Below are positions 35,318-46,280 of a stretch of DNA of 64,000 nucleotides, piece after piece. The stretch covers positions 514,414,001 through 514,478,000 of the forward strand of contig NC_067399.1 in assembly GCF_016432865.1 (NCBI RefSeq), written 5' to 3'. The position numbers were made by a program, and so were the translations under genes. The notes under the pieces were generated by a model. The model was not told where the DNA came from. It worked only from the letters and a program-made list of their open reading frames with translations, and ran no database searches. The stretch is from Antechinus flavipes (Eukaryota). The first letter of the stretch is position 1; each line of letters begins with the position of its first letter.

Positions 35318-35750
35318 CTTGGTAGGAGAAGAAAAATGAGAGAGGAAGGATTTTATTACCAATATTCTTCTTTAAATGAGACAGTGTCTATTTAAATCTT
35401 CCCATGAAAATTAATAATGATAGCTTACATCTAAATGTAAGGCCATAGGAGTTAGCACTGAAAACTTTCTAGTTTAAACTCCCCATTTTAGAGATGAGGA
35501 AATTGAGTCTTAGTAACATAAAGCACCTTGCCCAACATCATCTGGGTAAATAACTGAGCGGGAATTTGAATCCAGCTTTCCTAAATTTAAATTACAGATC
35601 TGCTCCTTATCATAGCTCAGTGAGGGGACTATCCTAAGTATCATCACACTGGGTATTATATTGATTTTGTAACCCCTGCTGCCCAAGGGCCAAGTATTTT
35701 ACTTTTACTTCTGAGGTATGGTTCTAGGATACCCTTAAAGAATTTGGGGC

Positions 35751-36398
35751 TTCTCTTTGTAGTGGCCAGAAACTGGACACTGAGGGGATGCCCATCAGGA
35801 GAATGGCTGAATAAGTTGTGGTATGTGAATGTTATGGAATATTATTGTTTGGTAAGAAATGATCGGCAAGATGACTTCAGAAAGGCCTGGAGAGACTTAC
35901 ACGAACTGATGCTGAGTGAAATGAGCAGGACCAGGAAATCATTATATACTTCAACAACAATACTATATGATGATCAATTCTGATGGACGTGGCCATCTTC
36001 AACAATGAGATGAACCAAATCAGTTCCAATAGAGCAGTAATGAATTGAACCAGCTACACCCAGCAAAAGAACTCTGGGAGATGACTATGAACCATTATAT
36101 AGAATTCCCAATCCCTCTATTTTTGTCCGGGTGCATTTTTGATTTCCTTCACAGGCTAATTGTACACTATTTCAAAGTCCGATTCTTTTTGTACAGCAAA
36201 ATAACTGTTTGGACATGTATACATATATTGTATCTAATTTATACTTTAACATATTTAACATGTATTGGTCAACCTGCTATCTAGGGGAAGGAGTGGGGGA
36301 AATGAGGGGAAAAATTGGAACAAAAGATTTTGCAATTGTCAATGCTGAAAAATTACCCATGCATATATCTTGTAAATAAAAAGCTATAATAATAAAAA
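35751..36398 (+). mobile_element. 5'-truncated L1 3' end with 14-bp TSD
   Basis: ORF2 tail LFVVARNW...WYVNVMEYY; TSD AAAGAATTTGGGGC at 35737-35750 and 36399-36412, preceded by TT (L1 endonuclease-type site). Confidence 0.95.
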
Positions 36399-38285
36399 AA
36401 AGAATTTGGGGCCTTCTCTCATCCCTGCTATTGGCTCAAACCTTCACCTATTAGATTCTCCCACTTTTACCAATCCAAAAACCCTAGTTCCACTTAACCA
36501 CTTAACAGACGAGCTGTTACAAAGGAATATTTACTTCAAAGATATAGCAAGAACAACAACAAAAAAAAAATTCTCTTCAACACAGACAGGAGAGAATCAT
36601 AACTTAACTCAATTCCTACATAACATCAGTCCAAGGGAGCTTAACCAATTTGCTCATAATCAAATAGCTAATAATAAATTAGAATCAGATTGCTGGTCTA
36701 AGGCTTCTGATTTAAAGTGTGGTCTAATATATAAGCTAGGAGGCAGCTAGGGCACTGGGCCCGGAGTCAGGAAGAGGGAGCCTCAGACATTTACTAGCTG
36801 TTTGACCTGTGCAAGTCACTTAAATTCTGCCTGCCTCAGTTTACCACCTGTAAGTGGGGATGATAACAGCAGCTGCTTCCCAGGGTTGTTGTGAAGCTCA
36901 GTTCCTGGCATAGTAGATGCTTAATATTCTCTCCCACCCCATAAGAGGATTCTTTCCCCTACTTCACAAATCAAGAAAATAAAGTTTTAAAAGGAGATGG
37001 GCCATGGAGCTACCGGACAGTGGAACCCAAGAGTCCTTTATCCCTTGAGCCTGCAGTCTTTCTTTAGAGGATTGGAAGATATTATTTTTTTTGTCTGATG
37101 GTTCCACATACGTCATAAATGGAGGGAGCCTCAGACGTTTTTGGTACCATTCCTGCCAGTTCAGAGATCCTGAGGCTCTCCACCTTTCCCTAGTTTCTCA
37201 CTGCATAGGGACATGGGACCAAGACTAGGAGCAACTCTGTGCTCTTCTTGGGTATATATCTGTTTCTACTCAAAAATATCTTGGAATCTGGTGGAAAGAT
37301 ATTGGAAAAGCTGCAGAGTTGGTTTTCGAATATAGGGGTCTCCTGAGAAAAAGGAGGGACTCTCATATTTGGATAGAGACTTTGGGGCAGGGCAAAATAG
37401 GAGAGTCTTTGGAATCTGGCCAGTGGGGATGAAGCCCAGTGCTGGGAACAATATATAATTGCTGATTGATTGGTTGATGAAGGGGTGGGGTTTCCCTTGC
37501 TCTCCCTGCCCCCTATTGGGTCCCCCCAGCTGACTTGGGGGGATGGCTCCCTTCCCCCATGCCCCCGCCTATGAGGTTTGTTTAATGGGGGGTGGCAAAC
37601 AGCCATGTGCTCCCTGAAAGTCCCCCCTCCCGAAATCCCATTCTGCCAGCTGTCTCCTCCCTTTGTCCCCAACCTCCAGTCCCTGGAAAGTGGCCTGAGG
37701 CTCACTGACATCATCTCTCTCCCTCACCCCTGTTTTTCTTTCTTTCTCAAGCTCCTTATCTCCCTCCCTTCCATTTGCTCCTTTCACTTTCTTCCCTCTC
37801 AGTGGGGGTGCTTGAGGTCCCCCTTTCACTCCCTCAGTTCTTTACCCTGTCTCCTCAAGTTGCCCCCTCCCCTCCTTCCTTTCTCCGGCTTCCCAGTGCT
37901 GTCTTCCTAGGGAGCTGCCACTGGCCATCTGTCCTGTTCCTAAAAAAAGCCCTAGGATTTTTGCCTTCATCCTTTGCCCTCTCCCCACACATCACAGGAG
38001 CCGTCTCAGGGAAAAAAAGTAGGGGAACACAAGTGTGGGGAGGTGGGGGAGGGAGAGACCAAAAGGAAGAGAAAGGAGGCTGCGTGAAAGAGAGAGTAGG
38101 GCAAAAGTGAGGGAGAGACTTAGACAAACAGCCGGGAAGACCCAGAGATGAAAGGGACAGAAATAAAAGGGGGGATACGGGAAGGACCGAGGGCCAAAAG
38201 TGAAAAAACTAAACAAAACTGGAAGCAGCTTTACGACTTTTCTCCTTGCCCCTCATCCAATCCTTCACCCCAGATTGGGACTCAC

Positions 38286-38297
38286 CGACACAGCCAT
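38286..38297 (-). CDS. EFS: EFS first coding exon (MAVS)
   Basis: gggaccATGGCTGTGTCG|GTGAGT, strong Kozak context, phase 0 into AQLAR; candidate exon acceptor at 38459. Confidence 0.85.
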
Positions 38298-38599
38298 GGT
38301 CCCAGAAGCTTGTCTTCTCCTCCTCTTCCTCCGGACTGGCTTGGGTTCTGGGCAGATTCAGCAAGAAGCTCCCCACATCATGGTCTGGGGCTCGGTGCCA
38401 GCCCCTTCACATGGGGAGAGGCGGCCCCCAGTCTGGGGAGGCTGAGCGGCCGCCGGAGCTGAGGTTTGAGGAGGAGAACACAAACCCAACAAACCCCTGA
38501 ACTGAGACACGGCCCTTTGGGACACGCCGAAGGAGAGCTTTCCTCCAAGTCTTCACCCAAGGCGCTCCAGCAGCTTCTTTCCCCTCCCAAAGCTGCCTT

Positions 38600-39650
38600 G
38601 GAGGTGGAGGGTCAAGGAGAAGGGTTCCTCAGGAGCCCGGGCTCCGGGCGCACCTAGCACACGCCGAGATGTGGGGGCGTCGCAGGGGCCACGGGCAGCG
38701 AGGACTGGGACAGCTTCTGTCCCCGAGGCCGTCCAGGGGCAGGGCTCGGGGTGGGGAGGATCCGGGACTTGTTTGGCTGGGTGGCTAAGTAGGAACCAGG
38801 CCCGCTCTTGGCACCTAAGGGCAGAGGAACTTGGAGAAAAGTTCCTCAGAGATGAGGTTTAGAGCAGCGTTGGGACAGGGATGGGGGGAATGGGGAAAGC
38901 TGGGAGAGAGGGAGACCGCGATCCGGAGAGGGAGCCAAGACTGGCGCTTCGGACTCGGGGGAGATTGCGAAATCCTGCTAGAGCCGCAGCCAGGGACCTC
39001 ACAGACACCGGGGCTGGGGTGGGAGCAACTGGAAGAGAAGGAGGCTCTGAAGTTCCGAAGGGCTGCTGGGCCGGAGACCCCCCTCAAGAGCACGCAGACA
39101 GCCCCTGACAGAAGCTCGGGCGCACCCTGGCTCACACCCACTCAGGCCAGCCCGCCTAATTCCCCTCGAAAGGACCCAAGCTTGGCACCTGCCCTCACAC
39201 ACACTTACAGGGACCGGGCACACTTACCAACTCACTAACTGGGCCACACAGGCTGGGGAACAGCGGTCCGACTTCCAGCCTCATGCACCATCCTCAGCAG
39301 CCGCTGGCCACCGCTCACCCCGCCCCCGGGCCCCCCGACGCTCTCCCACCCTCAGCGGGGAGCCCCCTCCGCTCACTGCCAGGCCGCCGGCGCCTGCTTT
39401 CCCGGGGGGCCGGGGCTCGGGGGACAGTCCATCCCAAACTCCAAAGTGTCTCCGCTGAGGAAAGGAGGCGAAGGAAGGAAGGAACAAAAATATCGGAGAG
39501 GTGGAGGTGGGTCCGAGTGGGATCCTCCAGGAAACACACACACAGAATCCCCGTCCCTGGGGCCGGGAGGCGGGCGAGGAGACCCCCGGAGGGGACAGCC
39601 CAGTCCTCCGGGCGTGCTCCGCCCCCCCTTGTCTTCTCTCCTTCCCTCCT
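38600..39650 (-). promoter_or_regulatory. EFS: EFS CpG island / promoter and candidate non-coding first exon
   Basis: CpG rich, GC boxes, donor-like motifs at 39208, 39227, 39235, 39318. Confidence 0.65.
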
Positions 39651-41639
39651 TTCTTTGCGCCTCACTTGCTTCCTCTCGTCTTTCTCTCTGTTGTTTCTTA
39701 GTTCTCCTTCTCTCTCTGCTTCGTTAGCTTTCCCTTTCTCTGTTCTGGGACTCAGTCTTGAGGATTAAGAGGGAGGGAGGCAGAGAGGGAGGGAGGAAGG
39801 GGAAGGAGGAGGAGGAGGAGGAGGAGGAGGAGAAAGGAGGACAGATTTCTCTATAGAAGGGTGTTGAGTTACAGCTCCAGTCCCCCTCCGGCCAAACCGC
39901 TTCTGCTGCGGCCGCTGTTTTCCCTGCCCTTGCTGGCTCTTGCCCCCTTCTTTCCTCCCCGCTGGATTATATAGAATTAGAGATACAGTGATTTCTTGAG
40001 ATTTTTCCGCCCTGTTCCACCTCTCTTTGATCCCTTGGCTTTTATCGTTTTCTTTCCAATCCCTCTTCTCTACTTTTTTTGGTTCATCTTTTTTCTTTCT
40101 TTTCTCTTTTATCAGTCCCACTTCTGCTTCCCTTTTCTCTTCCCAAAGATTTTTCTACTCCGATGACATTCCTCAAGATAGTGATACCCACTCCCAGACT
40201 CTGTCATTGTAAAGGTTATAAAAATGAATTTGGTTTGGGTGACCAAATCCATATTCCAAAGAAGGAAGTTTTGACCTTTTCTCTGTCATGGACCCCTTTT
40301 GTGAGTCTGGTGAAGTCCCCGGACCCATTCTCAGAACAACGCTTTTAAGTGCACAAAATAAAACAGGTAGGAAAACAAAGGAAACAAATTCTATTGAAAT
40401 ACAGGTATCAATTAAAAAAAAAAAAAAGCCCACACCATATTTATGGACCCTAGTTTAAGAAACCCTGTCTAAAGGGGAGAAAGTTCCTGTGTATCAGGTG
40501 TGCATGACAGGCCTGTGGAATTAATGAATTCCCTTAAGATTAAATTTGTACGGATCCTCACCCAAAGTGTACTCAAAGCTGTAGTGCATTTGTTCAGATC
40601 CAGCTGTTTGGTTCCAGGATTGGAAGGAGGCCAGTTCTCAAACTCTTAAATTCCTCAGCCAGTCTGGGCTTGTCCCATATTCTAGCCCTGCCTTGTTCAG
40701 CACCCTCTGGAGAGCAGGAGTAGGGACTGTCAGGTACAGTCTTTAGGAAGACTTTGGTCTTCAGGAAGAGCAGGGTGCTATTTTAGTCTGAGGGAGGTTC
40801 TGTCCTGTCTCTATTGAAATTTTGTTTGTGGGGGGGAAAAGGGAGTTGCCACAAGTCAATCCGCCCAATGTCTCTTTTTTGGCCATTACAATCACCAATT
40901 CACTCTCTATTTTCTCTCTTCCCATCTAAAGTTTCTTTTTTCCTGCTTTAAAAAAGAAAAAAAAAAAAGACCATCCGTTTTTCTACATGAAGAAGAGCCT
41001 CCTGGCTTTTGATGAGTCATCTATATTCATGGATGCTCTTTTCCCAGGAGCGGTGAAGGGATTGCACCCATCCAGACACGTTCTCGGGCCGGGTCTTCAG
41101 GTGTCAGAGAGGTGACTTTGCCCTTCACTTAGCTGGCTGCCAGGTGAAATCTGTGGCTGGGGAACAGGGTGAAGCTACCTGGGAGGCGGAGTTAGTCCTT
41201 CCTCTTGGGAGGTGGAAGGTGCTGTCACTTTGTAGGTCACAGGCCTTGGGAATAAGTGAACTCACTAGCACCATGACGTAAGCCAGCTGTGTACATTCTG
41301 GGGCAGACAAATTAAAAGCTTTTTTTTTTTTTTTTTTTTTTTGGCATTTTGATTTAGGGGATTGTCCTTTAATGCTAGGTTGAGAACAGGGTGGATCTGA
41401 GTTAGGTTTGGACAGGATTTCCCCAGACCAGATCATCCCCAGGATAGATGTGAACTACTAACTTTCCATACCCCTTCCCATGTTTACAGTGGCAAATTAC
41501 CCTCTTTAGAACAAACTTCCAGCTGCCCCTGGTCTGATTTTACTCCTCTATGTTAGGCCCCTTGGCCTTAGGAATCATGAGTACCCTAGACCCATTGCTT
41601 GGGTCTTGTGTTCCCCTGGCTATTCCATCAGCAGGATGC

Positions 41640-41995
41640 TCTCTCTTGGAACTCAAGGCTCTCTCTTCTGCTGTCCCCTATACCTGGAATACTCTCCTTC
41701 CCCCCTTCTGAAAACTGACCTTCCTGGCTTCCTTTAAGTTCCAAGCTAAAATCCTACCTTCTGCTGGAAGCCTTCTCCGGGCCCTCTTAATTCCCCTCTT
41801 TTAGCCACTTCCTATTTGTATGGCACATGACTTGCTTTTTTGTTTAGATTTGATGGCATTTTGTTTCTTCCATTAGTCTATGAGCTTCCTAAAGGCAGGG
41901 ATTATCTTTTGCCTCCTTTTGTATCCACAGTGCTTAGCACAGTGCCAAGCCCATGGCTTAACTTAATTTCATGTTTATTGAATGAGTGAATGAAG
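41640..41995 (+). mobile_element. LINE-2 3' end relic
   Basis: cccctatacctggaatactctcc...gtatccacagtgcttagcacagtgcc...tgtttattgaatgagtgaatgaa. Confidence 0.75.
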
Positions 41996-43136
41996 TTGAA
42001 ACTGTTTCATGGGGAGTCTCCATGCCCTTGGAAGGAAGGTAGGGTCTCCTCTCTGGGGAGAATGTGTCTCGTTTGGGTTCCTGTCTAATGGACCATGATT
42101 ATAAATGGTGGGGGGAAAGGAGGAGAGGAAAACTTGGGTAGGATCTAAGGCAAGAATGGGGAAAATATGTTTTTAAGAATTTAAGAATTTTTAAGAATTG
42201 TTCCTTAGAGAGGCAAAAACTCAATCCAAAGGGTCTGCTGCTCCGGTTTTAGGGGGACTTCAGCCTTCCACTGATTTCACAAGATTTATGTACTAGGAAG
42301 ACAATGAATGTCTGGCAGAAAGACCACCATGTTCCCAGGCACAGAAAGCTAATTATTAGCTTCAGCCGTGTATGTATTCGGTGGGCACAGGGTGTGGTGA
42401 CAGGGTACCGGAGAGATATTGGGGGCCTACATTTATCTTGCTCTTTTCTCACACTTTCACCCCATTACCCTTTCCCCTACTCCCCCACCCACATCATCTC
42501 TAACTTCGGCCTCTCTCCCAGAGTGAAAAAAGGCCTGACCTGAAGTTTGAAAACCCCGAATTTTAACTGCCTCAGACACTTAATAGATGTGTGATCCTTC
42601 ACAAGTCAACAAAGATCATCCAGACTCAGTTTTCTCATTTTTAAAATGAGGATAATAATTGTAAAGCTGTTGTGAGGATTAAATAACAATGTATATAAAG
42701 TTCTTTGCAAACTTTCAAATGCTAAATGCCAATGGTTATTATTACCCTCTTATTTTTATGGAAGATGAAAATACATGTTCATATACGAGACTGAAAAAAC
42801 CTTTTTTTGCCCTAAATGACTCTTCTAACTCAAGCTGCCCTTAAGGAGATCAGAGTTGGCTATATGAAGTTATTTAGGTTAATTTCTGGTCTGAGAAGGA
42901 AGATTGGCATTGGAAATGGGGTGATTTGTTTTTGCAGCTGCTTGGCGTGGTAGTTGAGACTAGATCCATGGGGGACTCAGTGACCTGTATGAGCAATTAC
43001 TAGTAGAGTGGTAGACATCTGACCATGTCATTGGCTTACTGACTAATCCTGCCTGGCCCTCAGAGAAGTTCTTGCCTGAGAAAAATTGGATAGCTTAGTT
43101 AAAAAGTGAAATTCTTTAGCTAGGCAGTGAGAACTT

Positions 43137-43140
<4 letters not shown>

Positions 43141-43167
<27 letters not shown>
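43141..43167. repeat. (TA)n microsatellite inside a MITE relic (~43120-43292)
   Basis: Direct TA run; right end aattaagaactcctg resembles the MITE inverted repeat. Confidence 0.85.
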
Positions 43168-43170
<3 letters not shown>

Positions 43171-43306
43171 AACAACTATAGTTGGCTTCCCTTGTAAGCC
43201 TACATATTGTATTTATGCATTTAAAGATATTATTCTGATTTTACTAGAGTTTCAAAAGAGGATCTGATACAAAAAAAATTAAGAACTCCTGCTCAGGAGT
43301 CTTGAA

Positions 43307-43358
<52 letters not shown>
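43307..43358. repeat. (CA)n microsatellite
   Basis: Direct CA run. Confidence 0.95.
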
Positions 43359-43361
<3 letters not shown>

Positions 43362-44162
43362 CTTCCTCTGGTCTACTGCCTGATTTTCAGCCTTAATCAA
43401 ATTCATTTCTCTCTCTCTTTTCTTTAAACCTGCACCCTCTGTGTTAGTCAAGCTATTCTCATTCATTCATTTATGAACTGACACCGACTGCCTTCTATAT
43501 TCAAAGCATGTGGTAGGTGCTGAAGGTCTAAAAGCAGAGAAGAGCCAGTCTTCTGCCCCCAAGGGATTTATAATCTAGAAGGGGAGATGAGATAATATTC
43601 AGAAATAATTATAACACGAATCGGCTAAGTGCCTCGAGAGGGTGCAAAGGACTCAGAGAACTTGGGGGAGGGCGAGAGGGAAGCTGGCGAGGGCCTTCCT
43701 GGAAGAAGCGGTATTTAAACATGGCCCAGGCAGGATTTCAGCAAAAAGAGGGCACTGACATTCAAGGCAGAGGGGATGGAACGAGACGGGCGAGAGGCAG
43801 ACAGCCTGGCACAGCCTGTTTGAGGAGAACTAATCATTCTGTTTTGATTGGAGGCCAGGGCACAGGAGGAGGAGGAGTTCGAGATTAGGGTGGAAAGGTG
43901 GGTCAGAGTAATACAGTAGGTAGCTTTGAATGCATGGTGTGATGTAAGGAAGAGCTGGATTGGAATTCTGGGTCTGCTTCCTACTAGTTTGGGGACTTGG
44001 GACAAGATATTTACATTTCTGAACCTCAGTTTCTCTATCTGTGAAATGGGGATGATACCTACAGGAACTTTCATATTGATTGTCTTCAAGTGAATCACTT
44101 TGCAAACAGTGAAGAACTATTTAAGCATAAGCTGTTATACTATGTGACTATGGTCAGGTTTT

Positions 44163-44369
44163 TGTTTTTTTTTTGAAAATTTAATTTTATTTAATAATAA
44201 CTTTGTATTGACAGAATCCATGCCAGGATAATTTTTACACAGCATTATCCCTTGCAATCACTTATGTTTCGTTTTTTCCCCTCCCTCCCCCCTCCCCCAA
44301 GATGGCAAGCAGTCCTATATATGTTAAATATGTTGCAGTATATCCTAGATACAATACATATTTGCAGAA
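44163..44369 (-). mobile_element. Short L1 3'UTR insertion with 14-bp TSD, inside a MIR relic
   Basis: TSD TATGGTCAGGTTTT at 44149-44162 and 44370-44383 followed by AA (TT/AAAA on -); body matches the L1 3'UTR at 19980-20130. Confidence 0.92.
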
Positions 44370-44423
44370 TATGGTCAGGTTTTAAAACCTCAGTTTCCTC
44401 ATCTGCAAAACGAAAATCTTGGT

Positions 44424-45097
44424 TAGTAGTTCTCAGAGTGTGGTTTGAAGATTCCTGGGGGTCCGGGAGACCCTTTTGGGGGCTCTGTGGGGTTAAAACA
44501 ATTTTCATAATAATACTAAGAGATTATTTACCTCTTAAGATAGCCCTGCCTTTTCCAACTATCAACATGCAGGAGGTCAGATTTTTTTTTTTCACATACT
44601 TCAACCAAAACATATTTTATCAAATTGAATATAAAAACAGATTCGAGGGGCAGCGAGGTGGCGCAGTGGATAGAGCACCAGCCCTGAAGTCAGCAGGACC
44701 TGAGCTCAAATCTGACCTCAGGCACTTAACACGTCCTAGCTGGGTGACCCTGGGCAAGTCACTTAACCCCAACTGCTTCGGGGGGGGGGGGGGGGGAATT
44801 TATTTGAGAAACCAGTTATCTCCTGTTAAGCCAGACATTAAAGAGATTTGCAAAAACATATAAAATAAGGCCACTTTTCTCATTTTTAAAATTTGGAAAA
44901 TATTATTCCTATAAAAATGAGTTATGTTAACATTCAATAGGTTTATTATTATTTTAGTGGATTAAAATATTTAAAAAGTTAATCAGTTTTCATTTTCAAG
45001 ATGATGAGTGATAGATTATAACTCACATAAACAAAACATCCTCAAAATTTTTTAAGAGTGTGAAGTAGTCCCAGGACAAAAAGCTTGAGGACCACTA
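44424..45097 (+). mobile_element. Charlie1-like non-autonomous hAT DNA transposon
   Basis: Left end tagtagttctcagagtgtgg...gggggtccgggagaccct...ttttcataataatactaag; right end aagccagacattaaagagatttgcaaaa...ttgaggaccacta; family assignment from memory. Confidence 0.8.
44647..44796 (+). mobile_element. WSINE1-like SINE nested in the Charlie element, with a G17 tail
   Basis: ggggcagcgaggtggcgcagtggatagagcaccagccctgaagtcagcaggacctgagctcaaat. Confidence 0.9.
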
Positions 45098-46049
45098 GAC
45101 AAAATCATTCCAAAGGTCCATTTTCAATCTTGATATTCTGTAATCAGGCAGCTAGGTAGTAAAGAGAATAAAGTATAAGGCCTGGAGTTAGGAAGACCTG
45201 AATCCAAGTGTACTTGCGGTGGGACCCTGGCCAATCACTTAATTTCGGTCTCTCCGTTTCCTCAACAGTTTGTGCCTTATACTACAGTAGATGCTCAATA
45301 AATGCTTAAATCTCCCCCTCACATTCAGAGAAATCCTAATTGGGCCCTAGTAGTGAGGAACATACCCACAAGATTCCGGAACCAGATTAAAATGTAATTG
45401 GAAAATATTTAACACAAAGATAAAAATATAATGGAGTTTATATAATGTTAATATGTGGTTTTCTAAGTCAATATTTTGCCTGCGGGGGCCATTCTGAATG
45501 GCTTCATGGCCCTTTTTCTATTGGAGTTTGTGAAAAGCTTCCTCCAGGCTGGTTGGGGTCGAGGGCAGGTTTTCTGTTGCCTGGAAAGAGAACAAGGTAG
45601 GGTGTTTCAGCGGCCACCCCCTCAGGTGCTGTTCTGTAGGCACCTCACCCACACACTCTCCAGGCTTCCCTGGAAGTTGGAGTGACTCAGGGATTCCGAG
45701 GCAGGCCGCCCCCAGGAAAACCCTTTGGAAAATGTTCCTCATGGCAGGCAGAGTGCCAGCCAGGGAGTCCCTGCAGAGATAAGGGGGAAACCGAGATAGG
45801 GCCAGAGCCTCAGGTTCCCCCACGGGGAGACCTCTGCTCTGGGAGAGGGCACTTCTCCAAATGCACCCCTGGTGCTGGGAACCCTGTGAGAACTCTGAAC
45901 GCTACTGTCTGTTTTCTTTTTCAGAAAGATGTCTGGACAGAGGCCCTCCAAAGCATATGGACATAGTGGGAAATATTAGTAGATCCCAAGTCAGAGAATC
46001 TGGATTCAAATCCTGACCCTACCAAATTACCTACCTGTATGATCGAGGG

Positions 46050-46280
46050 AGCTAGATGGCCCAGGAAATAGAGCGATGGGCTTGGAGTCAGGGAGATTCA
46101 TTTCCCTGAGTTCAAATCTGACCTCAGAGACTCACAAGCTATGTGGCCCTGGGCCCAGTTTGCCTCAGTTTCCTTATCTGCAAAATGGACTGGAGAAGGA
46201 AATGGCAAAACACTGCCAAGAAACCCCCAAACTGGGTCACCCAGGGTTGAACTTGACTGAAAAGTGGCTGAACAATGACA
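46050..46280 (+). mobile_element. CORE-SINE (MIR/Mar-type) relic
   Basis: gggagctagatgg...ctgagttcaaatctgacctcaga...gcctcagtttccttatctgcaaaatgg...ggagaaggaaatggcaaa. Confidence 0.7.

Noticed and set aside
36406-36750. 114-aa ORF next to the L1 tail in EFS intron 1
   Set aside because: TTG start inside the TSD, antisense to EFS, no homology; it ends in a MIR relic.
23302-38297. SLC22A17 and EFS models both total 1692 nt
   Set aside because: Unrelated proteins and exon structures; coincidence, and the SLC22A17 start is uncertain.
40987-41115. 42-codon small ORF MKKSLLAFDESS... with a nearby AP-1 site (TGAGTCA)
   Set aside because: Length within chance expectation; no promoter, splice or poly(A) support.
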